A stretch of DNA of 64,000 nt, taken from assembly GCA_002104945.1 (NCBI GenBank), contig MCFH01000012.1, forward strand, positions 496,001-560,000, written 5' to 3'. The translations under genes were made by a program, and so were the position numbers. Shown here piece after piece: positions 28,901 through 41,305 of this stretch. This stretch comes from Piromyces finnis finn (lineage: Eukaryota; Fungi; Neocallimastigomycota). Positions within the stretch are counted from its first letter, which is position 1; each line of letters opens with the position of its first letter. The notes beneath the pieces were generated by a model. That model did no database searches. It was not told the DNA's origin and saw nothing but the letters and a program-made list of their open reading frames with translations.

Positions 28901-30954
28901 ATAAATTATGTGGACTACTCACCAAATTAAAAAAGAAAAAGAATGTAGAATACGAAAAAGAGGAAAGAGATGCTCATCGTTACAATCCATTACATAAACA
29001 TATATGGAATATTTATTGTGTAAATGATATCTTTTTCCGTATCATTAATAAATTTTTCATATTTCAAAATGACGATAATGGATCTGAATTAATGAATATA
29101 GTATCATCCATGAATGAATCATCCAAAAAATTAAATATTTCAAGTATTATCACTCAGTCTTGTGCTAATTTTATTAATATGCTTATCGATATAAAAAGTA
29201 TTAATATTTATTCTAGCGAATATTTATATCTTATCACAATGATGCTTGTAAATGTTGAAAAATCATTAAAAAAATTTTATCGTAAACCAACCTATTGGAT
29301 AAAAGTAATTGATGATATTGTAAAAATTTTATTTCCTTTCCATTTTTTAGAAACGTTTAATCAACCCGTCGAAGCACAAGGCAATAAAACTATTCCAAAT
29401 AAAGAATCTTTTGCTGATTCGGATACCCATCCATTTACAACGAATCATGAAGCAGCAATCATTAAAAATCAACATATTTCAAATAGTTCAATTGATCCTG
29501 TTAACGAAACCATCATCACCACCACGAATTCTTCTTTAAAAAAGGAAAATACCCTGAATACAAATTCTATTATCCCTTCTTTATTTTTATCAAATCATCA
29601 TGATCATGATGATAATAATGATAATGACAATCATACTAATTTGAATTCAAATAAATTGTCCTTACCTTCTTTATCGTCATCCTCTTCATCAACCTTTCTT
29701 CCACCCATATCACCCATCTCTTCAAATGTACCTTCCAAAATACCAGGAATAGAAAAAAAGTTGTTAAAAAGATGTGATTTCCTTGATCCTATATCAAAAC
29801 CTTCATCTCCACTTCAATCAATCGATGACAAATCATTATCATTATCAAGATCATCCTCAACTTCGTCATTAGATAATGATGAAGAATTTTATCAAACCCT
29901 AACAAAACATAATACTATCAAGAATAAAACCATTGAAATTAAAAATGAAATTAAATTATTTTTGGTAAAATCAATAATTCGAAATATTGAAGAAACAATA
30001 AAGAATTGTGATTATATACCATTAAATTTATGTTCTATTCCCTTACCAAGTTTAAAAAATCATAAACGGTCGATTTCCGTAATTCAAAAAAAGAATACAT
30101 TAATTAGTCTACCGAACATTAAAACACCATTACCTCCAACCACAAAAAAACCAAAGAATCAAAGTATTCAGAAAAAGAGATCCTCTATCAGTAATAGTAA
30201 GTCTATTTCAATCACTGATTCAAACCAAAAGTTGGAAAAACCGGAAAAATTCAAAAAAATAGAATGTCAAAGTAATAATAACAATAATAATGAACAAGAA
30301 ACAACTTTAAATGATATCACTACGGATTCAGAAATATATGATGATTTTGATAGTGAAAGTAGTTTGGACAGTCGAAACAAAGAAAGCGGTAATGAAGACG
30401 AAAAGGAAAACGAACTTCATTTCAATAAAAAAACCAATATTTATGAACAAGAAACGATTTATTTCATTCAATTTAAACTTAAAGAATATATTGAATTTTT
30501 AAAACAATATATAATTGAATTAAATACTATTAAGGTCAATTGTAATAACTATTTAATTTTATCCCTGCAAAATTTAATCGAAAAGCATATGTTATTCCTT
30601 CAATCCTATTACAAAAGAACTGCAGCTTCTACAAATATAGATTCCGCAAAACCCTATCCTTTAAGAAAACGTCAACATACCGCTATTGAACCATCATCAT
30701 TAACTCCACGATCATCCTATTCTACAAAGGTAGATTCTATTAAAAATCCTGTGATTTTATCAAAAACTCCATCGGTCACAACAAGAAATGGTTTAAGAGA
30801 TCCATTATTACTTCAAAATAGACTCAAAATCTATTCTTCCCTACCTTTGACAAAAACACCATTACACGTTAACGTTACCAATATTGTTCTTGATCCGATA
30901 AAAAGAAATTGTAAAAAAATCCCAAATATTAAATATGATACAAAAGTTAAATAA
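25960..30954 (+). CDS. Large multi-exon hypothetical protein
   Basis: ATG at 25960 with a short exon ending at GTAAAT. Several small GT-AG exons lie between 26290 and 28200, including ORF pieces 27076-27288 and 27765-28001. The long terminal exon runs from ~28402 into ORF 28570-30954 with a Ser/Asn-rich tail. No family recognised. Confidence 0.65.
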
Positions 30955-30979
30955 TAATGAAAATACCTCCTCTATATAC

Positions 30980-31014
<35 letters not shown>

Positions 31015-32169
31015 AATTATTTTTTTTTTGTTACTATTTTGTTTTATAGAGAAAATTAGCATTCATTTAGTAGTTAAAAAAAAAATTTCAATTTTTTCTT
31101 ATTTCATTTCATTTTTTATATATATACAAAATCGCAGCACTAAATTTTATAAGTTTTTGGCAATAACAATATTTCAACAATATCGTCATTCATAAAATTA
31201 TATTTATTACATTCAATTTAAGAATTTTAATTACCAATATATATTTTTTTTTTCTAAAAAATAAATAATAAAATACCAAAGATAAAAATTATATATGTAT
31301 AATCCATTTTATTCTATGATTTTTTTTTTTTTTTTTTTTTTTTCTCTTTCCTCCTTTTTATATTAATAATTAATGAATATATAAACTTCTTTTTTTAATG
31401 ATAGTAAAATAAAATATAACATAAAAAAACTTTTTTAATTCCTCATTTCATTTATGCTTTTGTAAAGAATATTATATAAATTTTCAATTATTTCATGGTA
31501 AAATAGGCGAATCCAAGATAATAAAACATATAAAAATTATTGTTATTATTATTATTTACTTTTTGTGTACTAAATTTAGGACATCTTAATTTGAAGTCAT
31601 CAACATTCACTTTTAACATTTATCAGAAATATGAATAGAAATTATTTTTTTTAATGGCATTATTGAAATTAAAAATAGAATAATTCTTGTAACTACAGAG
31701 ATATTTTTTATTTTAATTCAACTAGCAGAAATAATATACCAAGATTGGCATAACAAAGAAGGATTATAAATTTTAATTTATAAAATTCATATAGACAATT
31801 TGGAAATACAATTAAATTGATAAATTGGTTTTAAACATAATACAATAACAATTAAAAAAACTTGTTAATAAGTTCTAGGATATAAAAAGTCCGAAGGCCT
31901 ATTTTAAATCTTTAATTTCTTTTACAGTAATAATAATTTACGTATTAGAATGTAGAATGTATTAAAAACTATATATAATTATTTACATTTTCTTAATATA
32001 TTTATATATTGAATATATATAAATTGTAAAATCATTGGATTTTTAAGAGAAATTTATGCAATATGATTGGTTAAAATAATTTAAACAGTTTAGAATTATT
32101 AAGAAAAGATTTTTAATTATTATCTTTCTTTTTTCCTCCTCTTTCAATACATATCATCTGTAATCCAAG

Positions 32170-32768
32170 ATGGTAAATATTTTTTTTATGAATGAATTAT
32201 TAATTAAAAATGAATAAATGTATTTTTTTATTGTTATTACTATTTATGTGTTTAATTAAATGATGATGGATGAATGAAATGATATTATAGATTATTAATT
32301 AATGTGTAAATAAAATGACATAATAGGTTAACATCCCAAAGACCCGTAAAACTTTCTGTAAGGGTAAGAAGTGCAGAAAGCACACCCTCCACAAGGTTAC
32401 TCAATACAAGACTGGTAAGGCTTCTCTTTTCGCTCAAGGTAAGAGACGTTATGACCGTAAGCAAAGTGGTTTTGGTGGTCAAACTAAGCCAGTTTTCCAC
32501 AAGAAGGCTAAGACTACCAAGAAGATTGTTCTTCGTTTAGAATGTACCGTCTGTAAGTACAAGCAACAATTAGCCATCAAGAGATGCAAGCACTTCGAAT
32601 TAGGTGGTGAAAAGAAGGTAATGTTGAAAATAAAATATTATTTATATTATTATAAAATATTATGGAAATTTTTTTATTAATTTTGAAATTATATTGTATA
32701 AATTTAAAATAATATCAAATAATTTAATTATAATAATATAGACCAAGGGTGCCGCCCTCCAATTCTAA
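32170..32768 (+). CDS. RPL42: 60S ribosomal protein eL42 (L36a/L42/L44), 3 exons
   Basis: Exons 32170-32172, 32327-32617 and 32742-32768 give [106 protein letters not shown]. The minus-strand ORF 32285-32500 in the track is its antisense shadow. Confidence 0.98.
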
Positions 32769-33004
32769 GTTATTTTGTATACAAATAATTTTGATGTTGA
32801 AATCCACTATAAATGGATGTTACATAATATAATAAAAAATTGTGCATTAGTTCTTAATGTGCATAACAAAAAAAAACAAAAATAACGAGTGTAAACGTTT
32901 TAGGGAAATGACGTGTATATGGGATTATATTGATTTAATAGTCGTATTACTATTTCTATTTTTTTCAATGTGAATATATAAATATATATACATTAACTAT
33001 TAGA

Positions 33005-33077
33005 ATGATGAATCTAATCAAAGAGTCAAGCACTGAATATAGAGATTTATATTCAATTGATGACAATTTTTTTCTGA
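33005..33077 (+). ncRNA. Box C/D snoRNA, snR66-like, copy 1
   Basis: Box C ATGATGA 33005-33011, guide AGAGTCAAGC 33022-33031, D' CTGA 33033-33036, C' TGATGA 33058-33063, D CTGA 33074-33077, terminal stem tatta/taata. The guide is complementary to conserved LSU rRNA GCUUGACUCU, and the D'+5 rule points to the U equivalent to yeast 25S U2417 (snR66 target, from recall). Confidence 0.8.
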
Positions 33078-33191
33078 TAATATTTAATGTATATTTAAAA
33101 TATATATATTTAAAGTTTTTATTATTAAACGTAAAATAGTTTTTTAATATGGTAATAAAAATTTTAAGAAAGTGTACATTAAGTAATAAAT

Positions 33192-33265
33192 ATGAAGAAT
33201 CTAATCAAAGAGTCAAGCACTGAATATAGAGATATATATTCAATTGATGACAATTTTTTTTCTGA
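33192..33265 (+). ncRNA. Box C/D snoRNA, snR66-like, copy 2 (box C variant ATGAAGA)
   Basis: Near-identical tandem copy 187 bp downstream. Same guide (33209-33218), D' 33220-33223 and D 33262-33265. Box C reads ATGAAGA. Confidence 0.68.
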
Positions 33266-34471
33266 TCTATTATATTAATGTATAATAAAAATAAAAATAA
33301 AATATTTATTATTAAACATTAAAATTAAAAGGTTGAAGAATTTTAAAAGAAATTTTGTGTTTTTGTTTTTTTAAAAGTAAATTTTATTTTGTAGTGTTTT
33401 ACTACAATAGATGTTGGTGTTAAAAGAAAGGATGGTATGTAGTGATTTATGAAACGGTAATAGAAATGAAACTTTACATAAGTAAAAGCATTGATAATAG
33501 CATATTAACTAAAAATTAAAATTATTTTTTTATAGTAGCATTTATGAAGGGAAAAAAAGGCTTCAGATGTTTGGATGTATTAACAACAACATCTTTAATG
33601 CAAAATAAATCTTTGGATATTTAAATGTTTTATATTTTCTGAATATAAAACTTTTTCATTTTAACTAACCTTCTTACCGACGATCGTTTCACAAAAAATA
33701 TATATATATAAGAAGAATCAATTTATAGCTTATTGAAATAAAAGTTAAAATATAACTATATTAATAACTATTATAACTAATTACTATATATATATATTAT
33801 GTTTCTCGATATGGAATTTTTATAAAGCATTACCCATTGATATGGTAATAGAAACAAAGTCAAATTTGAAATGAATAGTTTTTTTTTTTTTTTTTTTTCA
33901 CAATTCATCGGGATGTTTAATATATTCATAAATGAAGGAGGATTTCACAGATTTTCTTTTTCTTTTAAAAAAACTTTATAAAGAAGGATGTGAACAATCG
34001 TATAGTCGATTATTAAATAGGTAAAAAAAAAAAAAAAAAAAAAAAAAAAGTATTTCCTAAATGTTTTGTAACACAAAAAGACAATCTATAACATTGGTGT
34101 ATTACCATAATTATTATATTAAAAGTTATAAAATTCCTTCTTTACTAATCCGCTACATAGTGCTTCAAGTTTAAAACATTTATACTAGATAGATATAAAA
34201 AGAAAAGTACAATTTGAATGTACTATTTAATGTTAAAGACCTTTTTTTTTTTTTTTTTTATTATATTTTTAATAAGACTTGTAAAATTGGTAGTCCGCTT
34301 TTAAAAATTATTATTTTAAAAAAAAAAAAAATTATAAATTATTCACAATTATTATTCTTTAGAATTATATTTAATAATATAAGTAAAAGGTAACATTTTA
34401 CCTTTTTATTATTAAAATTTGACTATATCAACAGTTAAATTATTGAAAGTCATATAAAACTAAAAATACAA

Positions 34472-34544
34472 TGCTTGAACTGGGGTTTGAACCCAGGACC
34501 TCGTCCGTGTGAAGGACGCGTGATAACCACTACACTACTCAAGC
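34472..34544 (-). tRNA. tRNA-Val(CAC)
   Basis: Reverse complement GCTTGAG TA GTGTAGTGGTTATCAC G CGTCC TTCACAC GGACG AGGTC CTGGG TTCAAAC CCCAG TTCAAGC A folds into a full cloverleaf with anticodon CAC and no intron. Confidence 0.97.
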
Positions 34545-35699
34545 TTTGCTTACTTTCAAATTTTACCTTGTCTATATAATTTTTTTTATAATAAAATGGT
34601 AAGATCGAAAATAATGAAAAAGAAAAAGGGAAAAGGTATTAAATCTTTAGTTTTATTTTAAAGAAAATAGAATGATATTTTAAAAATAATAAATAAATAT
34701 AAAATTCTCAACTTTTTTTTAAAAATAAACAAAAAGGGTTAAAATTTTTAAATTTAAAAATTTTTATAAAAAAAAAAAATCTTTTTTATTAACTAATTTA
34801 TAGAAATTTTTATACTTTTAATTTTGGTCATTACATTTTTTTTTAAAAAAAAAAAAAAAATAAAGGTAATAATAAGGAATGACCATATTTCTTTAAAATT
34901 AAAGCAAACATAAACACCAACAGAAATACATATGAATATAAAAAGTTTAATTATTTATTTATAAGTTAAGATTATTTCATTATTGATATAATAAATAATA
35001 TATAAAAATAATAAAATATATATAGATAAAAATATAAATATAAAATATAAAATAAAATAATTAAGTTGCATAAAAGTTCAATGATATCTGAAACTTGTAC
35101 TGTGTGGGATTGGCCCCTTCCTAATAAATTAAATGAAATAAAAAATAAAAGTAACATCAGGTAGGATAGTGTGGTGTCTACTAAACTTTCCTATGAGTTC
35201 ATATTGTTTTCATTTCAAAGAAATACTATCACTGAACTCTGTGTACGGAACATTTAGAATGTTTTTTTGCCATATCGGTATGACGTCGGACGTCTTGATA
35301 GTCTTACTAAACCGATCAAAAAAGTAGCTTCATTGATCTACTAATAATGATAGAGATTGTTTTAGTATGAAAAACCACAAGACCTTTCATCTATGGTGGA
35401 ACATGAGATCCTTGATAAACTGTAAAGCTGTTCATTCAAATGTTTTTGTTCAGCCTTATCAATTTATAGCTGAAAGTTTCACAAAGAAGTAGCAATATCA
35501 TTTATTTATCCTTTTTTTTTTTTTTTTTTAACGGCATCAAATATTTTAAACTTTATTATTAATTAATTTAATTAAAATTATAATACATGTAATATAATAA
35601 ATTAAAAATAAAAATAAAAAAAAAATATGTTTAAATAAACACAAATGAATAAAAGTTGGGTATAATTTATTTGAGTCATTTTAATTAAAGTAAGAAAGC

Positions 35700-37300
35700 C
35701 ACTATTATACTAAAGTATAATAATTGTATTTGACTTCCAATGGGACATTGAGTCAAAGATCAAAATTATGTATTTGTAATTTATTATGACTGAGAATAGA
35801 TTTCTTTTCCTCAATACATTTTAATCTATTCCATTTCTGAATTTTCTTAGAAACATTAAAGTCATTAGAAAAATCTTCCATAGGAATAATATTACCATTA
35901 ATAAGAAGTGGCTTATGGTCTGATACAGGATAAAAATTATTTATAAATGATCCTGAGTGAATAAGATCTTTCATCTTCAAATGGACATGAACATGGTCAA
36001 TGTCGGAAGATTGATCACCTCGAGTCCAAGAGATAGTCGACCCTCTAAGCGGAAGAATTTCCCAATCTCCTAATCCATTAGTTGATAACCAGTTGGACAA
36101 TTTTACTTTAGACATATTAAAATCACCAACAAGAATCGATGGATGGGATGAGTGAGTTTGTAACCACAAGCGAACTTCTAACTTTGCATGATCAGCATAG
36201 ATGTTGTGATGACTATGAGGCATATATAAACATTTCCAATCGAGCATTTGAATCTATTCCAAAGACTAAAAGTATAAATAGAAATAATATACTTTCCTGA
36301 GTAGTTTTCATGTAAGGCTTGACACGAATTGTCAAAACCTAAATATAAACCTCTCATTCCAAGAACTAATTCATCAGCTTTCTTGAAAAATTGTCTATAG
36401 TTACGTAAAGTAACACGACAAGGATACTTTGTATTCGATCCAGAACCATTTACCAGTTTCTTGAAAACATAAAAATAATGGTTTGAAAATAGCTGTGAAA
36501 TAACTAATACTATTTCTCTTTTCATGATACCATCCATTGGTGTTCCAACTAAGACAAAACTAAAAGTTATCAGGCTTGTTGGATGAGGAAGAATTGCTGC
36601 TATTATTAAAGTCATCATTATTAATGAATGATGCGTCAGAGGAATTAGATGAACAATTATTAGATGGCTGTGAAACTGAAGAACTATCAACTATTGAACT
36701 GTTATCAGAGTTGATAGAACTATTAGAATTAATTGTTGAATGCTGAGGTTGAAAATGTGTTTGTTGTAGATCTGGAATATTTTCATATTGGGAATCTCGT
36801 TGGGAATCTTGTTGAAGATCGGTTTGTTGATGAGATTGTTGAACTGATTATTGATGTTTATTAGAAACTAAAATTTTACGTTTGAGTGTGGAAAAAGTGT
36901 ATTTGTGATTCCTTCTACTACGAACTGAAAAGGAAATTGAGGTAACTGAAAGTTTCTTCTTTAAGATGTGTAAGATTTTATTCCAGTCTTTCATTGAACC
37001 ATAAACCTTGACTAAGAAAAAGTGATCATTGAAATTCAAAAAAATATTTATCACTGATAACTGAATTGAATTTGTCTTTCAGAATACCCTCGAGTTTTTC
37101 CCATAGCATGCTAACTGACCATGATCGAGTACCACGGATAAAGAAGGAACGAATATCATCTAAGGGGATTCCATAAGACCGGGTACTACGTATGATATAA
37201 TTCTTATCTTTAATATAAAGGACTGACATGATAACTAATTCTAATTAAAAATAAATTGAATATAAAATAAATACTAACAAAAATAATAAATATAATGTAT
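35700..37300 (-). mobile_element. Decayed non-LTR retrotransposon (LINE): ORF1 remnants plus APE endonuclease, no RT visible
   Basis: APE motifs across two frames: GMRGLYLG, IGNVY/MP (frameshift ~36225), SILVGDFN, SDIDHV, SDHKPL. Upstream fragmented ORFs (36848-37229) have many stops. Boundaries are approximate. Confidence 0.8.
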
Positions 37301-38833
37301 ATAGGGAAAAAAAAATCTGGATAGTACAAAAAATTGTTTCAATGTTTTGATTAAAGTTTTTTTTGAAATTCAAGTTGTAAATTTTCTTTAAAAATTCTAG
37401 TTTTGGTTTGTTGTTAGTAAATTTAATTCGCTTTTTGACACTAAAATTATTTGACTTTACTTTTCATTATAATATTTAAATTGGTAAAAAAAATTCTGAA
37501 TCAAGAATGTCGACACCAGAAAGCTTGTGAATAGTATTTTTACATGATAAAGAGTGAATCAATCTCTTACAGGAAATAATGAATATAAAAATACAATGCA
37601 AATGCTAAAAATTGACTACATTGGATTCTTACAAGAGAAGTGTAGTACTACATGAATGCATGAATAAAAGAAAAAATACAGCAACAATATAATATATTAC
37701 TCTTCTAAATAAAAACTGTACAAACTTACCAAATATTCCACTTATCCATCAAAATAACTTAAATTCGATGGATAAATGTTTTTTAATCGCTCAGTACCAT
37801 GAGCTTAGTCCTTCTATTTTTCCCTATAAAGACTAACCAAACATCCATTTCGCGATACTTAAATTTTTTTTTTTTCTACTCTCTCAGTACCATGAGCATG
37901 AGTAGCGCTCAGTATTATTAAATAGAAATAATAAACATTGCTTGTGTAAATAAATCAATAGGAATCAAATTATTCCTTTTTTTTCTTTTTTTTTTACACT
38001 TAAATTATGGTTATACACCTTTCCATATACACTAAAATAATTCAACTTTTTTAAAAAGATGACAAAATGTTTTGTTTTGCTTTTTTCTTATTTTATTTTT
38101 AAATAAATACTATTATTAAAACTTTTTTTTTTTTTTTTTTGATTTTTTCTATAATGCGTATAAATTACTTTTTAGTTTTTGTTCATTTGTTTAAAAACAT
38201 TGTAATATAAATTAAATATTTGTTTTTTTTTTTTTTTTTTACTATCTTTTACCAATAATTTCTAAATTTATAAAACATGGAAAGAAAAAAAAATAAAGAA
38301 TAAAATAATAATTGAAAAATAGAATAGAAAATAAATAATTTAAAAACTCTATGAAAAAATAAAAAAATAAAAAATAGTTCTTTTTTTTGTTCTCTAAATT
38401 TATTTTATTATTTTATAACTATTTTCTTTTATATTTTTTTTATCTTTCTATAATACGTATTTGTTTTCATTTTCTTTCAACTATTCTTTTTTTTCTTCAT
38501 TACTTTTTTTACTTCATTTTTCCTCTATATAAAAAACCATATAGATTTAAAAATAAATAAAAAGTGTAAACTGGAAAAAAAAAAAATATTTGTTTCATTA
38601 TTATTTTATATAATTTCTAATGCTTCTTTTTTTTGTATCTTTTTCTTTTTTCTTTCTCTAAGATAAATATAATAGATTTCAAAACTTAACTTAGAAATTA
38701 TTTAAATAACTTAAAAAAATGTAAATATATAGAAGTAAAAAAAAAAAATCTCTAAAGTTGCTTTTTTTCAATAAATTATATTGAATAAATAGTGTGTTCT
38801 TAAATTAATTATATAGGTTTAAAAAAAGACAAC

Positions 38834-41305
38834 TTAGTTTTCTTCTTTCTTTAAAATCTTTCTGAAGGAGAATGGAACAAACTTGTAACCTTCACCCTTG
38901 TAGAATTTACTGTTGAATTCGACCCAGTGTAAACGAAGGGCGTGAAGGAAAGCGGAAAGACCTTCCATAATTAATAAAATAGCAACAGTTAAACCTAACC
39001 AGGCACCGATGATAAGGAATAAAGCAATACCCTTAATGACAACGTTTAAGTCCATCTTAAGAACATTGTTTAATAACATATCCCATAAAACTTCAGATAA
39101 TTGACCGTGAGCAAGAGATAAGGCCCAGAGACGAAGGTAAGAAGCAGTGTGAGAAATACCAGAAAGACAATATTCAATGGTGTGGACAGCTTGGTTAATG
39201 AAAGCATCAGCGAAAGACCATTCTGGCTTCTTGTAGTCACGTTCAGAAATAGCAACAACTTCGTTTTCAATTGGTAATTCTTCAACAGTCTTCTTGTTGG
39301 CAATCTTTTGGGCAATTGGCTTACCTAATAATAAGATTGGGATGGAAACAACGGCAATAAGTAATAAGACAAGTTGAATAATACCTTGACCATTGTATAA
39401 CTTTTCTTCTTCGTTAACAGAACCTGGACTTAAGAACATATTGATAAGCATGTTCATTAAACTTGGTGGGTTAGCACCAGACCAGTCAGTGCACCACTTG
39501 TAGACAATACAGAAAGCGAGATAACCAAAGATACTTCCCATGTATAAAAGTTCTGGAATGAAGACAAGAAGAATGCTGCTAATAGACTTACGGTGGGTGT
39601 AGTTGAAGAAAGAGATAATAGTACCGAAAAGCATGTGAATAACACCAAGAACAACAGATAACTTCATCTTGTATGAGTTTTGGAAAAGTAACTTGTTTTC
39701 AGCACTAACCCAGGCTGGATCTAAACCAAAGGCGTAGACATTACCACTGATGTGGTTACCAACTTGGTTAACAAAGGTACCACGTTCTTCTTCTTCAAAT
39801 GGATCAGAAGTGGCAACAAAGTCAAAGTTTTTAGTGTTGAAGATACTAAGTGGCTTAGAGAAACAATCGTTGTAAACTAAACCAGTGAAAATGGAGAATA
39901 AACCCATAAGTAAGATGACGTAACGACCGCTGAAGACCATATCAAAGATTTCATTCTTGAAGTTAGCTAACTTCTTTTCGAAGAGAACCATAGCTAAAGC
40001 GGCAAGGAACATGAGAACACCATGACCAAGATCACCAAACATAACGGCGAATAAGAATGGGAAAGTAATGATAGTGTAGAGAGCTGGGTTAATTTCTCTG
40101 TAGTTAGCAACACCATAAGAATCGACAATACTTTGGAAACACTTGGTGAATTTGTTGGTAACATTGTAAGTTGGTGGAACGGACTTGTAAGTAACTTCGT
40201 TCATAATTGGAGTAACATTGGAACCAGTAGATTCAGCAGCTTCACGAATACGTTGTTGAATTTCTGGAATCTTGTTAGTTGGAACCCAACCTTCAGCAAT
40301 CATACTGTTCTTATCAGTCTTTAATAAGTTCATAACATGGTAGATGGCCTTTTCCTTACGAACAACAGTGTTCCAGGCATCAATGTTCTTAGCAATATCT
40401 CTTAACTTGTTCATACGAGTATCTCTAGTGTTATTTAAGACTTGATCTAAATCTTCAATTCTAGCTAAAACTTCAATAGATTCTTCGTTACGTTGTTCAG
40501 CAGATTCAGAAACTGGGTAAACAGTAGCACCACAACTTTCACATAACTTCTTAATCTTGTTTAATAAAACTTGACCGTGAACGAAAACGATGAAGACGTT
40601 CTTTTCAACTAATTCATTAGTTTCTGGGTCCTTGATTGGTTCTTCAATTTCAGCGTTCTTCATGTATAAGTTACCACGGAGCATACGCCATAAAAGTCTT
40701 TCAAAACTGTTAATCTTAGTTCTTGGGATAACACCGGCAACAAAGGAAACAGTAGACTTCTTACCAGCTTCTAAATCAGCGGCATTATTTTCTTCCTTTA
40801 ATAAACCAGTAGTGCTTTCAGATGTTAAGTTGTTTTCTTGAATATCCTTAACATTACTGCTTTCAAAGAATTCATCAGTAACCTTGATAACATGTCTCAT
40901 TTCAGTAAGTTCAAGATAACGCTTATCTAAAGTACGTTGGTTTTCATTTAATTCAATGACAACCTTTTCAGTTTCAGAAATCTTTTGTTCTAAGTCTTCA
41001 AGTTCCTTTGGAGAACTGGTAGCGCCAGTAGCTTCAGCCTTGGCGATCTTAATATCTTCTCTTTCAATTTGGCTCTTTAAGAAACGAATTTGACGAGAAA
41101 CTTCATCGTAGTGACGGATATCAGATACAAAAGTACGTTGGAAAGCGTTAACATCCTTGTTTAAATCTCTGAATTGAACTAAACCAAGTTCACCTAAAGC
41201 CCCAATAGTTTGCTTTGAAATTTCAGATGGAATGTAGAATTGGGCTAAAGACATAACATCTGATCTAAGGAAAGTGGTTTCTGGTAATTTATTTTCGGAA
41301 GCCAT
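38834..41305 (-). CDS. VPH1: V-type ATPase V0 subunit a (Vph1/Stv1 family), intronless
   Basis: 823-aa ORF with FLRSDVMSLAQ, GELGLVQFRDLN, YGVANYREINP, FPFLFAVMFGDLGHG, SYKMKLSVVLG, ISHTASYLRLWALSLAH (essential Arg) and LHALRLHWVEFNSKFYKGEGYKF. Confidence 0.98.
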   Translation of the reverse strand: MASENKLPETTFLRSDVMSLAQFYIPSEISKQTIGALGELGLVQFRDLNKDVNAFQRTFVSDIRHYDEVSRQIRFLKSQIEREDIKIAKAEATGATSSPKELEDLEQKISETEKVVIELNENQRTLDKRYLELTEMRHVIKVTDEFFESSNVKDIQENNLTSESTTGLLKEENNAADLEAGKKSTVSFVAGVIPRTKINSFERLLWRMLRGNLYMKNAEIEEPIKDPETNELVEKNVFIVFVHGQVLLNKIKKLCESCGATVYPVSESAEQRNEESIEVLARIEDLDQVLNNTRDTRMNKLRDIAKNIDAWNTVVRKEKAIYHVMNLLKTDKNSMIAEGWVPTNKIPEIQQRIREAAESTGSNVTPIMNEVTYKSVPPTYNVTNKFTKCFQSIVDSYGVANYREINPALYTIITFPFLFAVMFGDLGHGVLMFLAALAMVLFEKKLANFKNEIFDMVFSGRYVILLMGLFSIFTGLVYNDCFSKPLSIFNTKNFDFVATSDPFEEEERGTFVNQVGNHISGNVYAFGLDPAWVSAENKLLFQNSYKMKLSVVLGVIHMLFGTIISFFNYTHRKSISSILLVFIPELLYMGSIFGYLAFCIVYKWCTDWSGANPPSLMNMLINMFLSPGSVNEEEKLYNGQGIIQLVLLLIAVVSIPILLLGKPIAQKIANKKTVEELPIENEVVAISERDYKKPEWSFADAFINQAVHTIEYCLSGISHTASYLRLWALSLAHGQLSEVLWDMLLNNVLKMDLNVVIKGIALFLIIGAWLGLTVAILLIMEGLSAFLHALRLHWVEFNSKFYKGEGYKFVPFSFRKILKKEEN

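Noticed and set aside
25960-30954. Possible Far11/STRIP (STRIPAK) identity of the large hypothetical gene
   Set aside because: Only short by-eye resemblances (KFLLLAWK, LAIIKYFSLQ), too weak without an HMM search.
32285-32500. 71-aa minus-strand ORF
   Set aside because: Antisense shadow of RPL42 exon 2.
33540-33650. Possible H/ACA snoRNA (agatgtt/aacatct hairpin)
   Set aside because: No clear ACA box or second hairpin; cannot be supported by eye.
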